Below are positions 1-9,273 of a stretch of 64,000 nt of DNA, piece after piece (position 1 is the first letter of the stretch; each line of letters opens with the position of its first letter). The translations under genes were made by a program, and so were the position numbers. The notes below the pieces were generated by a model that worked only from the letters and a program-made list of their open reading frames with translations, was not told where the DNA came from and ran no database searches. Source of the stretch: a virus (Duplodnaviria > Caudoviricetes); IMG/VR virus record IMGVR_UViG_3300036784_000146, positions 79,611-143,610 of that record. One strand, written 5' to 3'.

Positions 1-1
1 T

Positions 2-3000
2 CTGTCCCCCAACGGGCTGATCAACTCTCAGGCCCTGGACAACATCGCCGGGTCCATCCTGCGCAACCTTGACGGCACCGGGAAGTTCGACGCCGCCCAA
101 TTGTTCAACATCAACAACATCCCCAGCATCCCCCAGGAAGCGATCTCTGGGCTGACGTACACCATCAGCCAGCTGCTTCAGGTGGTGGACTTCCAGAACC
201 TGCTGCAAGGTCTGTTTGGCACCACCAGCATCGGGTCGTTCTTGGGCGTTCCGGGGTTGCTGTCGGGATTCGGCACCTCGACGAGCATCCTGACTCAGCT
301 GCTCGGGCTGTTCCCAGGGCTCGCGGGGGGCCTATCTGGCCTTCCTGGGCTAGGAGCGGTCTTCACCGACTTGACGGGCCTCCTTGGGACTCCTACGGGT
401 CTGGGTTCTGGATCCCCGACGTTGCCGGGTGTCGGCAGCATTCCCGTCCTGGGTGGTCTCCTGGGCTCCGGCAATCTGTTGGGCGGTGGCCTTTCCACCG
501 CCAGTCCTATCACCACTCAGCTCCTGGGCTTGTTCCCTGGTCTAGCCACGGGACTCTCCGGCCTCACCGGGTTGGGGTCGGTCTTCACCGACCTGACTGG
601 TCTCCTCGGGACCCCAACCCACCTTGGCTCCGGATCGCCTTCGCTGCCAGGGATCGGAAGCATTCCGTTGCTCGGTGGACTGCTGTCGGGCGGGACGACA
701 CTCCTCACCTCGCTGATTCCGGGCCTCGACGCCAGCAAGATAGTCTCCGGAATTTTTGGCACCGGCCTGATTCCCGGCCTCGACGCCAGCAAGATAGTCT
801 CCGGAATTTTCGGGTCGGGATTCATCCCCGGCTTAGACGCCAGCAAGATCATCTCCGGTGCTTTCCCGTTATCGATGACGCCGCTGGCTTTGGCCACGAG
901 TCTCTGGAAGACGGGTAAGCAGGGTAATACAAACCTAGTCATCGATCCGCAGTTTGAAGATTCAACAATCACTCACGGCAGTGCTCTCGGCACGGGCGCA
1001 TCTTTAGCGTATTCCACGGTGACCGCTCGCAGTGGAACACAGTGCCTCGCGCTGACTACCCAAACCTCGACCACCGGGCAGAACGATTTCTTCATGTTGG
1101 CCCCGGTGCCCACGACGGGTATATGGGAAGCGGCTAGTGGGCTGAAGACCCAACCGGGACAGACGTTTTACTGCGAGTTTTACGTTAAGGCCAAAGCAAC
1201 TAATACCGCAACAGTGGGAACGGTGGCGTTCGGCATTAGCTTTGTTGACTCAACCGGCGTCACCGCACAAACCTATGTAGGTTTGGGCACCGTTAACATG
1301 TCGGGCCTGAGCAGTTCCGCGTGGACGAAAGTGTCTGGCTGGTACACAGTCCCAGCGGGGTATGACACGGCGTTCCCATTCGCATGGACCAATGCCTGCA
1401 ACGCCGCCAATCAGGTGTTCTACTTTGACGACGCCCTGGTGCGCGAGGAAACCCGTTCGCAGAGCATCATCTCCAACCTCTGGGGCTCTGTCGGTAGTCC
1501 GCTAACCAACATCCTGGCCGCCGTTGTCCCCGGCCTTGACGCCAGCAAGATCATCAGCGGAATCGTTGGGGTCGCCCAAATACCGTTGCTCGACGCAGCC
1601 AAAATCGTCAGCGGCGTGTTCGGCCAATCGCTCATACCGAGCCTTACGTCTGGCTGGGGTGGCTCGATCCTATCGTCGTTTCTGTCGGGCACTCTTGGCA
1701 CGGGGCTAATCCCCGGCCTCGACGCGAGTAAAATTATTAGTGGGGTCCTGGGCGGCACACTGATCCCGTTGTTACCCGCCAGCCAAATCACCAGCGGCAC
1801 ATTCCTAACCAGCCTGATCCCTGGCCTTGATGCCTCCAAGATCATTTCGGGGGCATTTCCCCAGTCGATGATCACGAGTCTGACTAGTGATCTCGGTGCT
1901 CTGCTGCCTATCAACATCTTCAACCAGCGCACCAACGCTGGCTCAAACTTGGTGATATCACCTAACTTTGACGACTCGACCATCTATCGGTCGTGGGGTT
2001 CATTTCCTGGTACTGACCGCGCCGGGATCGCGGCGGGCGGTGCCGCCGATCAGTCCTACTCAACAGATGTGGCCCATAGCGGAACGCAGTCTTGGAAGAT
2101 GCACATCCACGGCGTCACTGGCGGCGGTTTCACCGGCACCAACTCCGAGGGCTGGTTGTGGTTGCTGCCCAACGTGAATGACATTGAAAACGAACCCAAC
2201 CCACCCACTTCCGCGATCAAAGTCCAACCGGGACAGAAGTTCTATTTGGAGGTTTGGGTCTACGGCGCGGCCACCAACACCCAACCCAACCACATGGCTT
2301 TAACTGCTCAAATCTGGGACTCCAAAGGCGTTAACCCCCCAAGCAGCATAGATGCTCAGATCATAGCCGGTTACGCCACCACGGGCGCATGGACACAACT
2401 ATCTGGATACGTCACTATCCCAACGGGTTACGACCTGTTCGCGCCGTACGCCGATGCGAACAACTACAACGGCTCGGCTGGCGATAGCACCTTTTACTGG
2501 GATGACGCCACGATCCGCGAGGAAACCGCTGCCCAGAACATTATCAATTCACTGTTTGGCGGATCGTCCATTCTCGGGTCGGTCTTATCGAGCGTCATTC
2601 CCGGCCTCGATGTGTCCAAAATCATCAGCGGTGTCTTTGGTTCGGGATTCATACCGGGCCTCGACGCAAGCAAGATTATCAGCGGAATTTTCGGGACCGG
2701 GCTGATCCCGGGTCTCGACGTCAGCAAGATCATCTCCGGTGTTTTTGGCTCAGGATTCATCCCGGGCTTAGATGCCTCCAAGATCATCAGCGGGGCATTC
2801 CCATTGTCGATGACGCCGCTAGCTTTGGCTCAAAGCCTTTGGCAGACAGCGCGGATCGGCCAGAGTAGTCTGGTTATCAATGGAGATTTCAGTGATTCGA
2901 CCATCAATCGCGGCCCTTTAACCGGCGCGGGTGGCTCGTTCGCTTATACTACGACAACCGCGCATAGCGGCACGCAGTGCATCCAGTTCACAGGCGGTAC

Positions 3001-5977
3001 AGCGTCGGGTGCGTCGGAAACATTCGACCTCGGCCCGTACCCAAGCACCGGGCCGTTCACCGCAGTTATCAAAGCCCAACCGGGACAATCGTTTTACGCC
3101 GAAGCCTATATCAAAGCTGGGGCGACCAACACGACGACAGCGGGATCAGTCGGCATAGCAGCGTTCCTGACAGACTCGACTGGCGTCAATGCCAACACCA
3201 TTATTTGGTTCGGCTCTGCCGTTGGAATGAATGTGATTCCCAATTCGTCGTGGACGAAGCTAGGTGGTGTCTATACAATCCCGGCTGGCTATGACACGCT
3301 TCAACCGTTCGCGTGGATGGTGAGCGCCAATGTCGGCAGTCAGGTTTGGTACTGGGATGACGCTTTAATCCGCGAGGAATCGCGTGTTCAACAGGTCATC
3401 TCGAATTTATGGGGTGGCGTCGGCAACCCGCTAACCAACATCCTGTCCTCCGTTGTCCCCGGTTTAGACGCAAGCAAAATCATCAGCGGTCTATTCAGTC
3501 AGGTCCAGATCCCCTCCTTGACGAGCGGCTGGGCCGGAACAGTCGACGTCAGCCGTATCCTCGGTCAGCTCGCCCAGACGGCGGTCTCTGGGGTTCTGGG
3601 TGGGGCGACCACGCTGGCCGACGATCTCACCGGCCTGGTGACCAACGCGGTCGGCCTTAGTGGCGGCAGTGGGTTCCCGTGGGCGTTCCCGATCAGCTTC
3701 GGCGGCGGAAATAACAACCTCGCCAGCGTCGGCACCGCAATCGCCGGGTCCACGCAGCTCGCTCAGCAGGTGCTCGACACCATCGTCAAGATCAACACCG
3801 GGTCGACCGCCACTAACAACTCGTTGTCGCAGTTAGAGGCCGCCCTTCGACAGCAGCCCGGTAGCACCATCGTGTCGCAGCTCCCGCCTGCAGTGCTGCC
3901 CGACATCACGCTGCCGATGTCGACGGCCTTACAGGCAGTACACGCCTCCACCGGCCTCAACACGTCCGACATCAACGACATCGTCTCCTACGCCGAACAA
4001 GAGAGCGCGGCGGCGCTGGGCACGTTCATCGGAAATACCGGCGGGATCGCCCAGGCCGCCCAGGGATTCGCGGGCGGAGCTGTCGACACCATCAACAGTG
4101 TGTTGAGTGGCATCCCGGTGGTCGGTAGCGAACTCAGCGACCTGTTCAAGCAGTTCACCGGATTCCTCACCCCGCTGCACAACAACTGGACCGGCTCTAC
4201 GTTGCCCGCCGCCACCTCGACCGATGTGGCCGCCGCCGCGCTGAACTCGGCCACACAGGCCAACCAACAATCCCAGCTGATCTCGTCCATCCAGACCCAG
4301 CTCCCCAAGTTCTACGGAGGCGGCAACAGCGGTATTTCGTATCAGACCGGGTTCGTCGGAGGTCTGCCAGCGGGGTTCGTGGCGTTCACGCCGGGCTCGG
4401 GCCCGGCCTACAACTGTGCGATCAACACCGCGCAGAAGGCCCAGACCGACACTCAAGCTGTCAGCGGGATTTGGAGCACCGCCGACGGCTGGGCCAAGGC
4501 GCTGATTCTGCGGTCCAACGCTGCCGCAACCTCATTCCATTACGCCGAGTGGTGGCCTGGTGGTGGCGTCATCGGGGTTTGCGTTGCTGGTGTGTACCAC
4601 ACCCTGCTGTCGTTCGCGGCACCGGCTTTCGTAGCCAACTACGCCTACACGTTTGAGGCTGTCGGCCGTCAACTAACGCTGACCGGCCCCGGCGGCCTGG
4701 ACGCAACGGTCACCGACTCCGGCAACGTCGGCACCATCAACTCCAACTGCCGTTACGGCGGATTCGGCACAGATGGTTCCATCATTCAAACGCAGGGCTG
4801 GGGCGCGGCCGGTGGCTACACCTTCACACCGCCCGGGGGCCTGGTCAACGGCGACCTCTACGACATCTACGGCTACGGAGCAGGTGGCGGTGGAGGTGGC
4901 GGCGTCGACGCCTGGGGCAATGGTGGCGGCGGCGGTGGGTACTCCGAGAACTACGGTATCGGCGGTTCCGGGTCAATCTCGGGGAGCACGATTATCGGCG
5001 CGGCGAATGGCCTCTCGGTAGGCCAACAGATCGCCATCACCATCGGCGGCGGCGGTCCGCCCGGGTCCAGCGAATACTATGCGACCGGCGAGATCACGTA
5101 CTACTACTACGGCGGCAACAGCGGCCTCAGCAAACCGGTCTACGCCAACTACGGGTCAAGCGGAGCAGCTGGCGGGGCTACCGGCGCGTCGTGGTCGGGC
5201 GCGCTCGGCAGCGGATCGGTGTATTGCCCTGGTGGTGCGGGCGGCGCGGCCTACGGCGGTGCACCGACCGGCGGCGGCTCCTACGGCGCGGCGCAAGGTG
5301 GCGAGGCATTGGTCAACGGCAGCGCGCCCGCCTACAACGGCTATAACGGCAATCAGTGGGGCGGCGGCGGCTCAGGCTGTTATTCGGGCAGCGGCCAAAC
5401 TTACGAGCACGATTATTACGGCACACTCGGCAGTCACACCTACGACTACATTTACGGCGTCAACGGTGCGCAGAGTGCTGGGGCTGGCTACGACGGTGTG
5501 ATGTGGATCGACTCGGTCAGCCGCCAATTGCCGGGATCGATCGCCTCGTTCGCATTCTGGGATGCGGCTATTTCTGGCCCGCAGTATGTTGCGGTGCAGC
5601 CAGGCACGTACACGGAAACCACCACGTCAACTACCTGGGCTGATTTGGCGACAACGAGCGATCAACTTACCGTCAACGTCGGCCCAAGCGGTATGGTCGC
5701 TATTTTCATATCGTGCGAGTTCGCTTACAACACAGCGGTCAACGGACAATGCTTTATATCCATTGGCATTACCGGAGCTAATAACATTGGAACCGGATTT
5801 GCGTCGTCTGGTATGCAGACCAGCACTGGCGCGGGCGGGTTGACCGCTGACTCTCTGTTCGGTTTTTACTTGATGACCGGGGGAGCGCAAGGCGCAACAG
5901 TTTTCAAAATGAAATACTTGGTCAATACCGGCACAGGTAATTTCGGGCCGCGATACATGTTGGCTATACCGTTCTAG
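2..5977 (+). CDS. Large minor tail / tail fibre protein, 5'-truncated by the window. Contains 18-aa IPGLDASKIISG repeats, three carbohydrate-binding-like domains and a Gly-rich C-terminal region
   Basis: Frame is open from base 2 (the ORF track starts at TTG 101). The PGLDASKIxSG repeat is typical of mycobacteriophage minor tail proteins. Three NLVxxPxFxDSTI...Y(F/W)DDAxxREE modules. Lies upstream of baseplate genes. Confidence 0.85.
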   Translation: MSPNGLINSQALDNIAGSILRNLDGTGKFDAAQLFNINNIPSIPQEAISGLTYTISQLLQVVDFQNLLQGLFGTTSIGSFLGVPGLLSGFGTSTSILTQLLGLFPGLAGGLSGLPGLGAVFTDLTGLLGTPTGLGSGSPTLPGVGSIPVLGGLLGSGNLLGGGLSTASPITTQLLGLFPGLATGLSGLTGLGSVFTDLTGLLGTPTHLGSGSPSLPGIGSIPLLGGLLSGGTTLLTSLIPGLDASKIVSGIFGTGLIPGLDASKIVSGIFGSGFIPGLDASKIISGAFPLSMTPLALATSLWKTGKQGNTNLVIDPQFEDSTITHGSALGTGASLAYSTVTARSGTQCLALTTQTSTTGQNDFFMLAPVPTTGIWEAASGLKTQPGQTFYCEFYVKAKATNTATVGTVAFGISFVDSTGVTAQTYVGLGTVNMSGLSSSAWTKVSGWYTVPAGYDTAFPFAWTNACNAANQVFYFDDALVREETRSQSIISNLWGSVGSPLTNILAAVVPGLDASKIISGIVGVAQIPLLDAAKIVSGVFGQSLIPSLTSGWGGSILSSFLSGTLGTGLIPGLDASKIISGVLGGTLIPLLPASQITSGTFLTSLIPGLDASKIISGAFPQSMITSLTSDLGALLPINIFNQRTNAGSNLVISPNFDDSTIYRSWGSFPGTDRAGIAAGGAADQSYSTDVAHSGTQSWKMHIHGVTGGGFTGTNSEGWLWLLPNVNDIENEPNPPTSAIKVQPGQKFYLEVWVYGAATNTQPNHMALTAQIWDSKGVNPPSSIDAQIIAGYATTGAWTQLSGYVTIPTGYDLFAPYADANNYNGSAGDSTFYWDDATIREETAAQNIINSLFGGSSILGSVLSSVIPGLDVSKIISGVFGSGFIPGLDASKIISGIFGTGLIPGLDVSKIISGVFGSGFIPGLDASKIISGAFPLSMTPLALAQSLWQTARIGQSSLVINGDFSDSTINRGPLTGAGGSFAYTTTTAHSGTQCIQFTGGTASGASETFDLGPYPSTGPFTAVIKAQPGQSFYAEAYIKAGATNTTTAGSVGIAAFLTDSTGVNANTIIWFGSAVGMNVIPNSSWTKLGGVYTIPAGYDTLQPFAWMVSANVGSQVWYWDDALIREESRVQQVISNLWGGVGNPLTNILSSVVPGLDASKIISGLFSQVQIPSLTSGWAGTVDVSRILGQLAQTAVSGVLGGATTLADDLTGLVTNAVGLSGGSGFPWAFPISFGGGNNNLASVGTAIAGSTQLAQQVLDTIVKINTGSTATNNSLSQLEAALRQQPGSTIVSQLPPAVLPDITLPMSTALQAVHASTGLNTSDINDIVSYAEQESAAALGTFIGNTGGIAQAAQGFAGGAVDTINSVLSGIPVVGSELSDLFKQFTGFLTPLHNNWTGSTLPAATSTDVAAAALNSATQANQQSQLISSIQTQLPKFYGGGNSGISYQTGFVGGLPAGFVAFTPGSGPAYNCAINTAQKAQTDTQAVSGIWSTADGWAKALILRSNAAATSFHYAEWWPGGGVIGVCVAGVYHTLLSFAAPAFVANYAYTFEAVGRQLTLTGPGGLDATVTDSGNVGTINSNCRYGGFGTDGSIIQTQGWGAAGGYTFTPPGGLVNGDLYDIYGYGAGGGGGGGVDAWGNGGGGGGYSENYGIGGSGSISGSTIIGAANGLSVGQQIAITIGGGGPPGSSEYYATGEITYYYYGGNSGLSKPVYANYGSSGAAGGATGASWSGALGSGSVYCPGGAGGAAYGGAPTGGGSYGAAQGGEALVNGSAPAYNGYNGNQWGGGGSGCYSGSGQTYEHDYYGTLGSHTYDYIYGVNGAQSAGAGYDGVMWIDSVSRQLPGSIASFAFWDAAISGPQYVAVQPGTYTETTTSTTWADLATTSDQLTVNVGPSGMVAIFISCEFAYNTAVNGQCFISIGITGANNIGTGFASSGMQTSTGAGGLTADSLFGFYLMTGGAQGATVFKMKYLVNTGTGNFGPRYMLAIPF
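712..3500 (+). repeat. About 13 copies of an 18-codon (54 bp) coding repeat (xIPGLDASKIxSGxFGxG) in four clusters
   Basis: Visible in both protein and DNA (ccgggcctcgacgccagcaagat...) at about 712-870, 1520-1860, 2594-2800 and 3450-3500. Confidence 0.9.
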
Positions 5978-5986
5978 GAGGAATCA

Positions 5987-6805
5987 ATGTCAGATGTTTT
6001 GCCGGTCACCCGGCTCACACCTCAAAGCATCCAGGCCGTTCGCATGGAACTTGGGCCGGGCGGTCAGACTGCCGGTAAGATCGCCGCACTACTGGCGATG
6101 CTGATGAATCCTGCACTTAACCTGGGATACACAACCGAGAGCGCCACCGACCTAGCGCAGTACAACGGTGGCTGGCGAATTAAAATTTTGCGTGGTGATG
6201 ACGCTGAACTCATTTCCTACACGGGGGATTGGATTGTTGTCACCGACGCACTCTACGATGACACCAATGGGTGGCGGCTACAGAAGACGAGCCGTGTCCA
6301 CATCTACGGCGTATCGGCCGGAATGTCCGGTACCGCAGTCGATTTCGTTAACACATTCAGCGCGAACACTCCATTGATCTGGGATGCGTTGGCGACCGCA
6401 CCCGTGGCCACGCCGTTGGATAATCTCTCGGCGCAGCTCACGTTCAAGCAGCCGCTCAGCGCGAACGGCCCGTGGACTTACCAGATCGCCAGCGGTCCCG
6501 GCACAGCCGGAGCCTTCAGCGAGCCCGACGAGCAGGGCAACGTCACCGTGGTCATCACCGGCTTGACCGACCAAGAGCAGTGCGCGTGGACGGTCCAGGT
6601 CACCGCCTCGCAGTACACCGGAATCACCGGCACGTCGGCAGCAAGCAACACAATCACGGCGGTTACCGTATTGCCGACACCGGCCGTGCAAGCGGCCGAT
6701 GTTGTTCCTGACATATCACAATTCAGAGGACCGAACCGGGCACCGCGCGTTGCCCCGCCGACCGCACCGCCCACACCGCCGACCACACCGATCATGGTGG
6801 TTTAG
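5987..6805 (+). CDS. Putative minor tail/virion protein with a C-terminal Fn3/Ig-like region
   Basis: AGGAGG RBS; 272 aa; beta-rich 'TVVITGLT...WTVQVTA...SAASNTIT' pattern; tail-module context. Confidence 0.6.
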   Translation: MSDVLPVTRLTPQSIQAVRMELGPGGQTAGKIAALLAMLMNPALNLGYTTESATDLAQYNGGWRIKILRGDDAELISYTGDWIVVTDALYDDTNGWRLQKTSRVHIYGVSAGMSGTAVDFVNTFSANTPLIWDALATAPVATPLDNLSAQLTFKQPLSANGPWTYQIASGPGTAGAFSEPDEQGNVTVVITGLTDQEQCAWTVQVTASQYTGITGTSAASNTITAVTVLPTPAVQAADVVPDISQFRGPNRAPRVAPPTAPPTPPTTPIMVV

Positions 6806-6812
6806 GAGAGAC

Positions 6813-7679
6813 ATGCCCGTATGTCCCGCAAGCTGGCTGCCGACCGGCGGCGGCCCGGCCGGTCACGGTGCGCCGGTCGTCGGCAGTCCTGGCAACTTCT
6901 ACTACGACGGCGTCAACCAGAACCGGCTAGAAGTCGCAGTCAACTCGGTCCCGTCCAAGCCCTTCGCCAACGTGGTCGCGCAGAGCAACCAGGTGGGCAC
7001 CTACAACCAACCCGCCGGAGGCAGCAACGCGGTCGGGGCGACGTTCACCTATACGGCGACCGGGCCCACCGTCATCGACGGGCACACACTAGGCGCGCTA
7101 GAGAAGGTGCTACTCGTCAGCCAGACCGCCCCGGCACAGAACGGCCTGTACGACGTGACGACACCGGGCTCTACGGGCGTGTCGACCATCCTGACCCGCA
7201 ACCCGGCACTGAACAGTTCAGCCGACTTCCCGGGCGCATTAGTCACGGTGGGTGGCGATGGCACAACCTACGGCGGCACGGCGTGGCTGTGTGTGGCGAC
7301 CGGCTCCCCGGTGATGGGCACCAGCGCGCTGCCCTTTGACGAGTTCTCCCCCACCAGCGTTGTCATCCTCAACACCAGCTCTCCGGCATCGGTGACGCTG
7401 AACCCGCAGACGTTCCAGTGCTACAAGATCACGGGGCTGGCCAATCAGCTCGCGCTCGACTTGACAGGCAGCCCGCCCGATCGCTACCCGTTCGAGGTGC
7501 TCATCACCGACAACAACACGCCGCAGAACCTCATCTGGACGGCGAAGTTCGCGCCGATGGGGGTGGTTGGGGCGCTGCCCAACGTCACGCCGATGGGCAA
7601 ACGCATGACGATGAAGTTCATCTACGACGTCGATAACGCAACCGCGATGCTTGCCGCCATTGACGGCGTGGGCTACTAG
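6813..7679 (+). CDS. Putative tail fibre/virion protein
   Basis: ATG 6813 follows an AGGAG RBS. The 'IDG..L...EKVLLVSQT.PAQNGLYDV' motif is seen in phage tail-fibre-associated proteins. Confidence 0.6.
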   Translation: MPVCPASWLPTGGGPAGHGAPVVGSPGNFYYDGVNQNRLEVAVNSVPSKPFANVVAQSNQVGTYNQPAGGSNAVGATFTYTATGPTVIDGHTLGALEKVLLVSQTAPAQNGLYDVTTPGSTGVSTILTRNPALNSSADFPGALVTVGGDGTTYGGTAWLCVATGSPVMGTSALPFDEFSPTSVVILNTSSPASVTLNPQTFQCYKITGLANQLALDLTGSPPDRYPFEVLITDNNTPQNLIWTAKFAPMGVVGALPNVTPMGKRMTMKFIYDVDNATAMLAAIDGVGY

Positions 7680-7694
7680 GAAAGGGAAACACAA

Positions 7695-8288
7695 ATGTCA
7701 GGTGGTAACACAGGGACGTGGGTGGAAACACTCTACACAAGCACAGGTGTCGGTACGGCGAAGAATACATTCGCCGTTGAATCGCAGATCAACGACGTTG
7801 CGGGGATGGGTGTTCAGGCACGCATACCCAAAGACTTCTGGCTGCCAAATAACGCGCAAATTGGTCGCGGCATCAGGATCAAGGCAGCCGGTATTGTGTC
7901 ATCGACCGGCACCCCGACTTATACGCTCACTTGTCGGCTCGGCGCACAGGGCAATACGACCACCGCCGCCATTCTGCAGACCCCCGCAATGACTACGGTA
8001 TCTGGTGCGGCGAATGGCTTCTGGGAGTTTGAAGGCGACTTCATTTTAACCGCCATCGGTGGCGTTGGCGCTAATTCAAGCGGTCGCGGCATCGGCCATG
8101 TTCTTTCTGGCGCTAGTGCTTTTGCGACATCGATCTACCCACTGTTCGGCGGCGGCGCTTCGCCGGGCTCGATCTCCAATCTGGACACGTCGGTCGATAA
8201 TTTCGTGAACTTCAACGCCAACTGCTCCACCAGCAACGTCGCCAACCAGATCCAGTTGCTGAAACTTCTCGTGAAGGGGCTGAACTGA
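7695..8288 (+). CDS. Putative virion structural protein
   Basis: 197 aa, Gly/Thr-rich beta protein within the tail operon, with an RBS. Confidence 0.55.
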   Translation: MSGGNTGTWVETLYTSTGVGTAKNTFAVESQINDVAGMGVQARIPKDFWLPNNAQIGRGIRIKAAGIVSSTGTPTYTLTCRLGAQGNTTTAAILQTPAMTTVSGAANGFWEFEGDFILTAIGGVGANSSGRGIGHVLSGASAFATSIYPLFGGGASPGSISNLDTSVDNFVNFNANCSTSNVANQIQLLKLLVKGLN

Positions 8289-8416
8289 TGCCGAACACCA
8301 GTTACCCGACAGCCGATCCTCGCCAAGGTCCGCTAGCACCTATGCCGGGTCCGATACAGCAGGTGTCAGCCCCGACCAAACGGAAGCGCAACTTGTTCTT
8401 CATGGGCATGAGATAA
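8288..8416 (+). CDS. Small hypothetical protein (42 aa)
   Basis: TGATG overlap with the upstream stop; fills the gap; below the ORF-track cutoff. Confidence 0.4.
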   Translation: MPNTSYPTADPRQGPLAPMPGPIQQVSAPTKRKRNLFFMGMR

Positions 8417-8432
8417 CCGGTCCGGTGATATC

Positions 8433-8774
8433 GTGCTGACCATGGCTTCAACCCTCAGTAAGGGCACCGCGTTTCGCGGCCCCAACGGACAGGTGGCAGT
8501 GCGTACCGGCCCGGCGGTCGCTGTCGGTCAATACTTCGTGTTTGACCCCGACAACGGCGGCTATTACGAGAACGCCGACGACAAGGTCGCCGAGATCGAA
8601 GCGTGGGACGAACTCGACGTCAAAGCGTCTACGGCGTCGACCACTACGACTACGCCGACTCCGGCCCCTCCGGCTGCACCGACCCCTCCTGCAACACCGA
8701 CCCCGGCCGCTGCTGCCGCACCGCCGCTTCCGCCTAGGCCTCCTACGGCTCCGGCGGCTCCCTCGGGCAAGTGA
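8433..8774 (+). CDS. Hypothetical protein with a Pro/Ala/Thr-rich tail
   Basis: 113 aa ORF with high-GC3 codon usage in the N-terminal half. Confidence 0.55.
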   Translation: MLTMASTLSKGTAFRGPNGQVAVRTGPAVAVGQYFVFDPDNGGYYENADDKVAEIEAWDELDVKASTASTTTTTPTPAPPAAPTPPATPTPAAAAAPPLPPRPPTAPAAPSGK

Positions 8775-8847
8775 GCTACCCATAGCCTCCTGACGCCCTG
8801 TAGGCGTTCACCTCTCCCGCCTTAAAGGGAGAGAGGAGGCTTCGCGG

Positions 8848-9264
8848 ATGACGTTCTCGCTGGCGCTTCAAAACGGCGACTTGGTGCAGCAGGGGTCCAG
8901 CTTGGCGATTGTCTCGGGGACCGCCAAGCTGCAACAGGACATGGGTCTGTGGTTGACCGAGCGCCTCGGGGTCGACCGGTTCCATCCTCGTTATGGCTCG
9001 GAGCTGCCGAACTTCATCGGCGGGGTCGTCGACATGACCACCCAGTCCAAGGTGCAGGGCGAGGTGGACCGGGTGCTGGGGAACTATCAGGTGATCCAGA
9101 TGATGGCCTTCCAGAACAGCCCGCAGCTATTCAGCTTCGACGAGCTGCTCCAAACACTGACCGGCGTGCAGGTGGGCCTCAATTTCGACACGGTCAGCGT
9201 GGCGGTCTCGGTAGCCACCGGCAGCGGTTCCACGGCGATAGCTTCAGCCTCAACGAGCGTCTAG
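8848..9264 (+). CDS. Baseplate wedge subunit (gp25/GPW-like)
   Basis: 'LQQDM..WLTE..G.DRFHPRYGSEL..FIG' motif; lies directly upstream of baseplate J. Confidence 0.75.
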   Translation: MTFSLALQNGDLVQQGSSLAIVSGTAKLQQDMGLWLTERLGVDRFHPRYGSELPNFIGGVVDMTTQSKVQGEVDRVLGNYQVIQMMAFQNSPQLFSFDELLQTLTGVQVGLNFDTVSVAVSVATGSGSTAIASASTSV

Positions 9265-9273
9265 GGAGTCGGA

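Noticed and set aside
2-5977. Diversity-generating retroelement acting on the tail fibre
   Set aside because: No reverse transcriptase, and no template/variable repeat pair differing at adenines was seen in the window.
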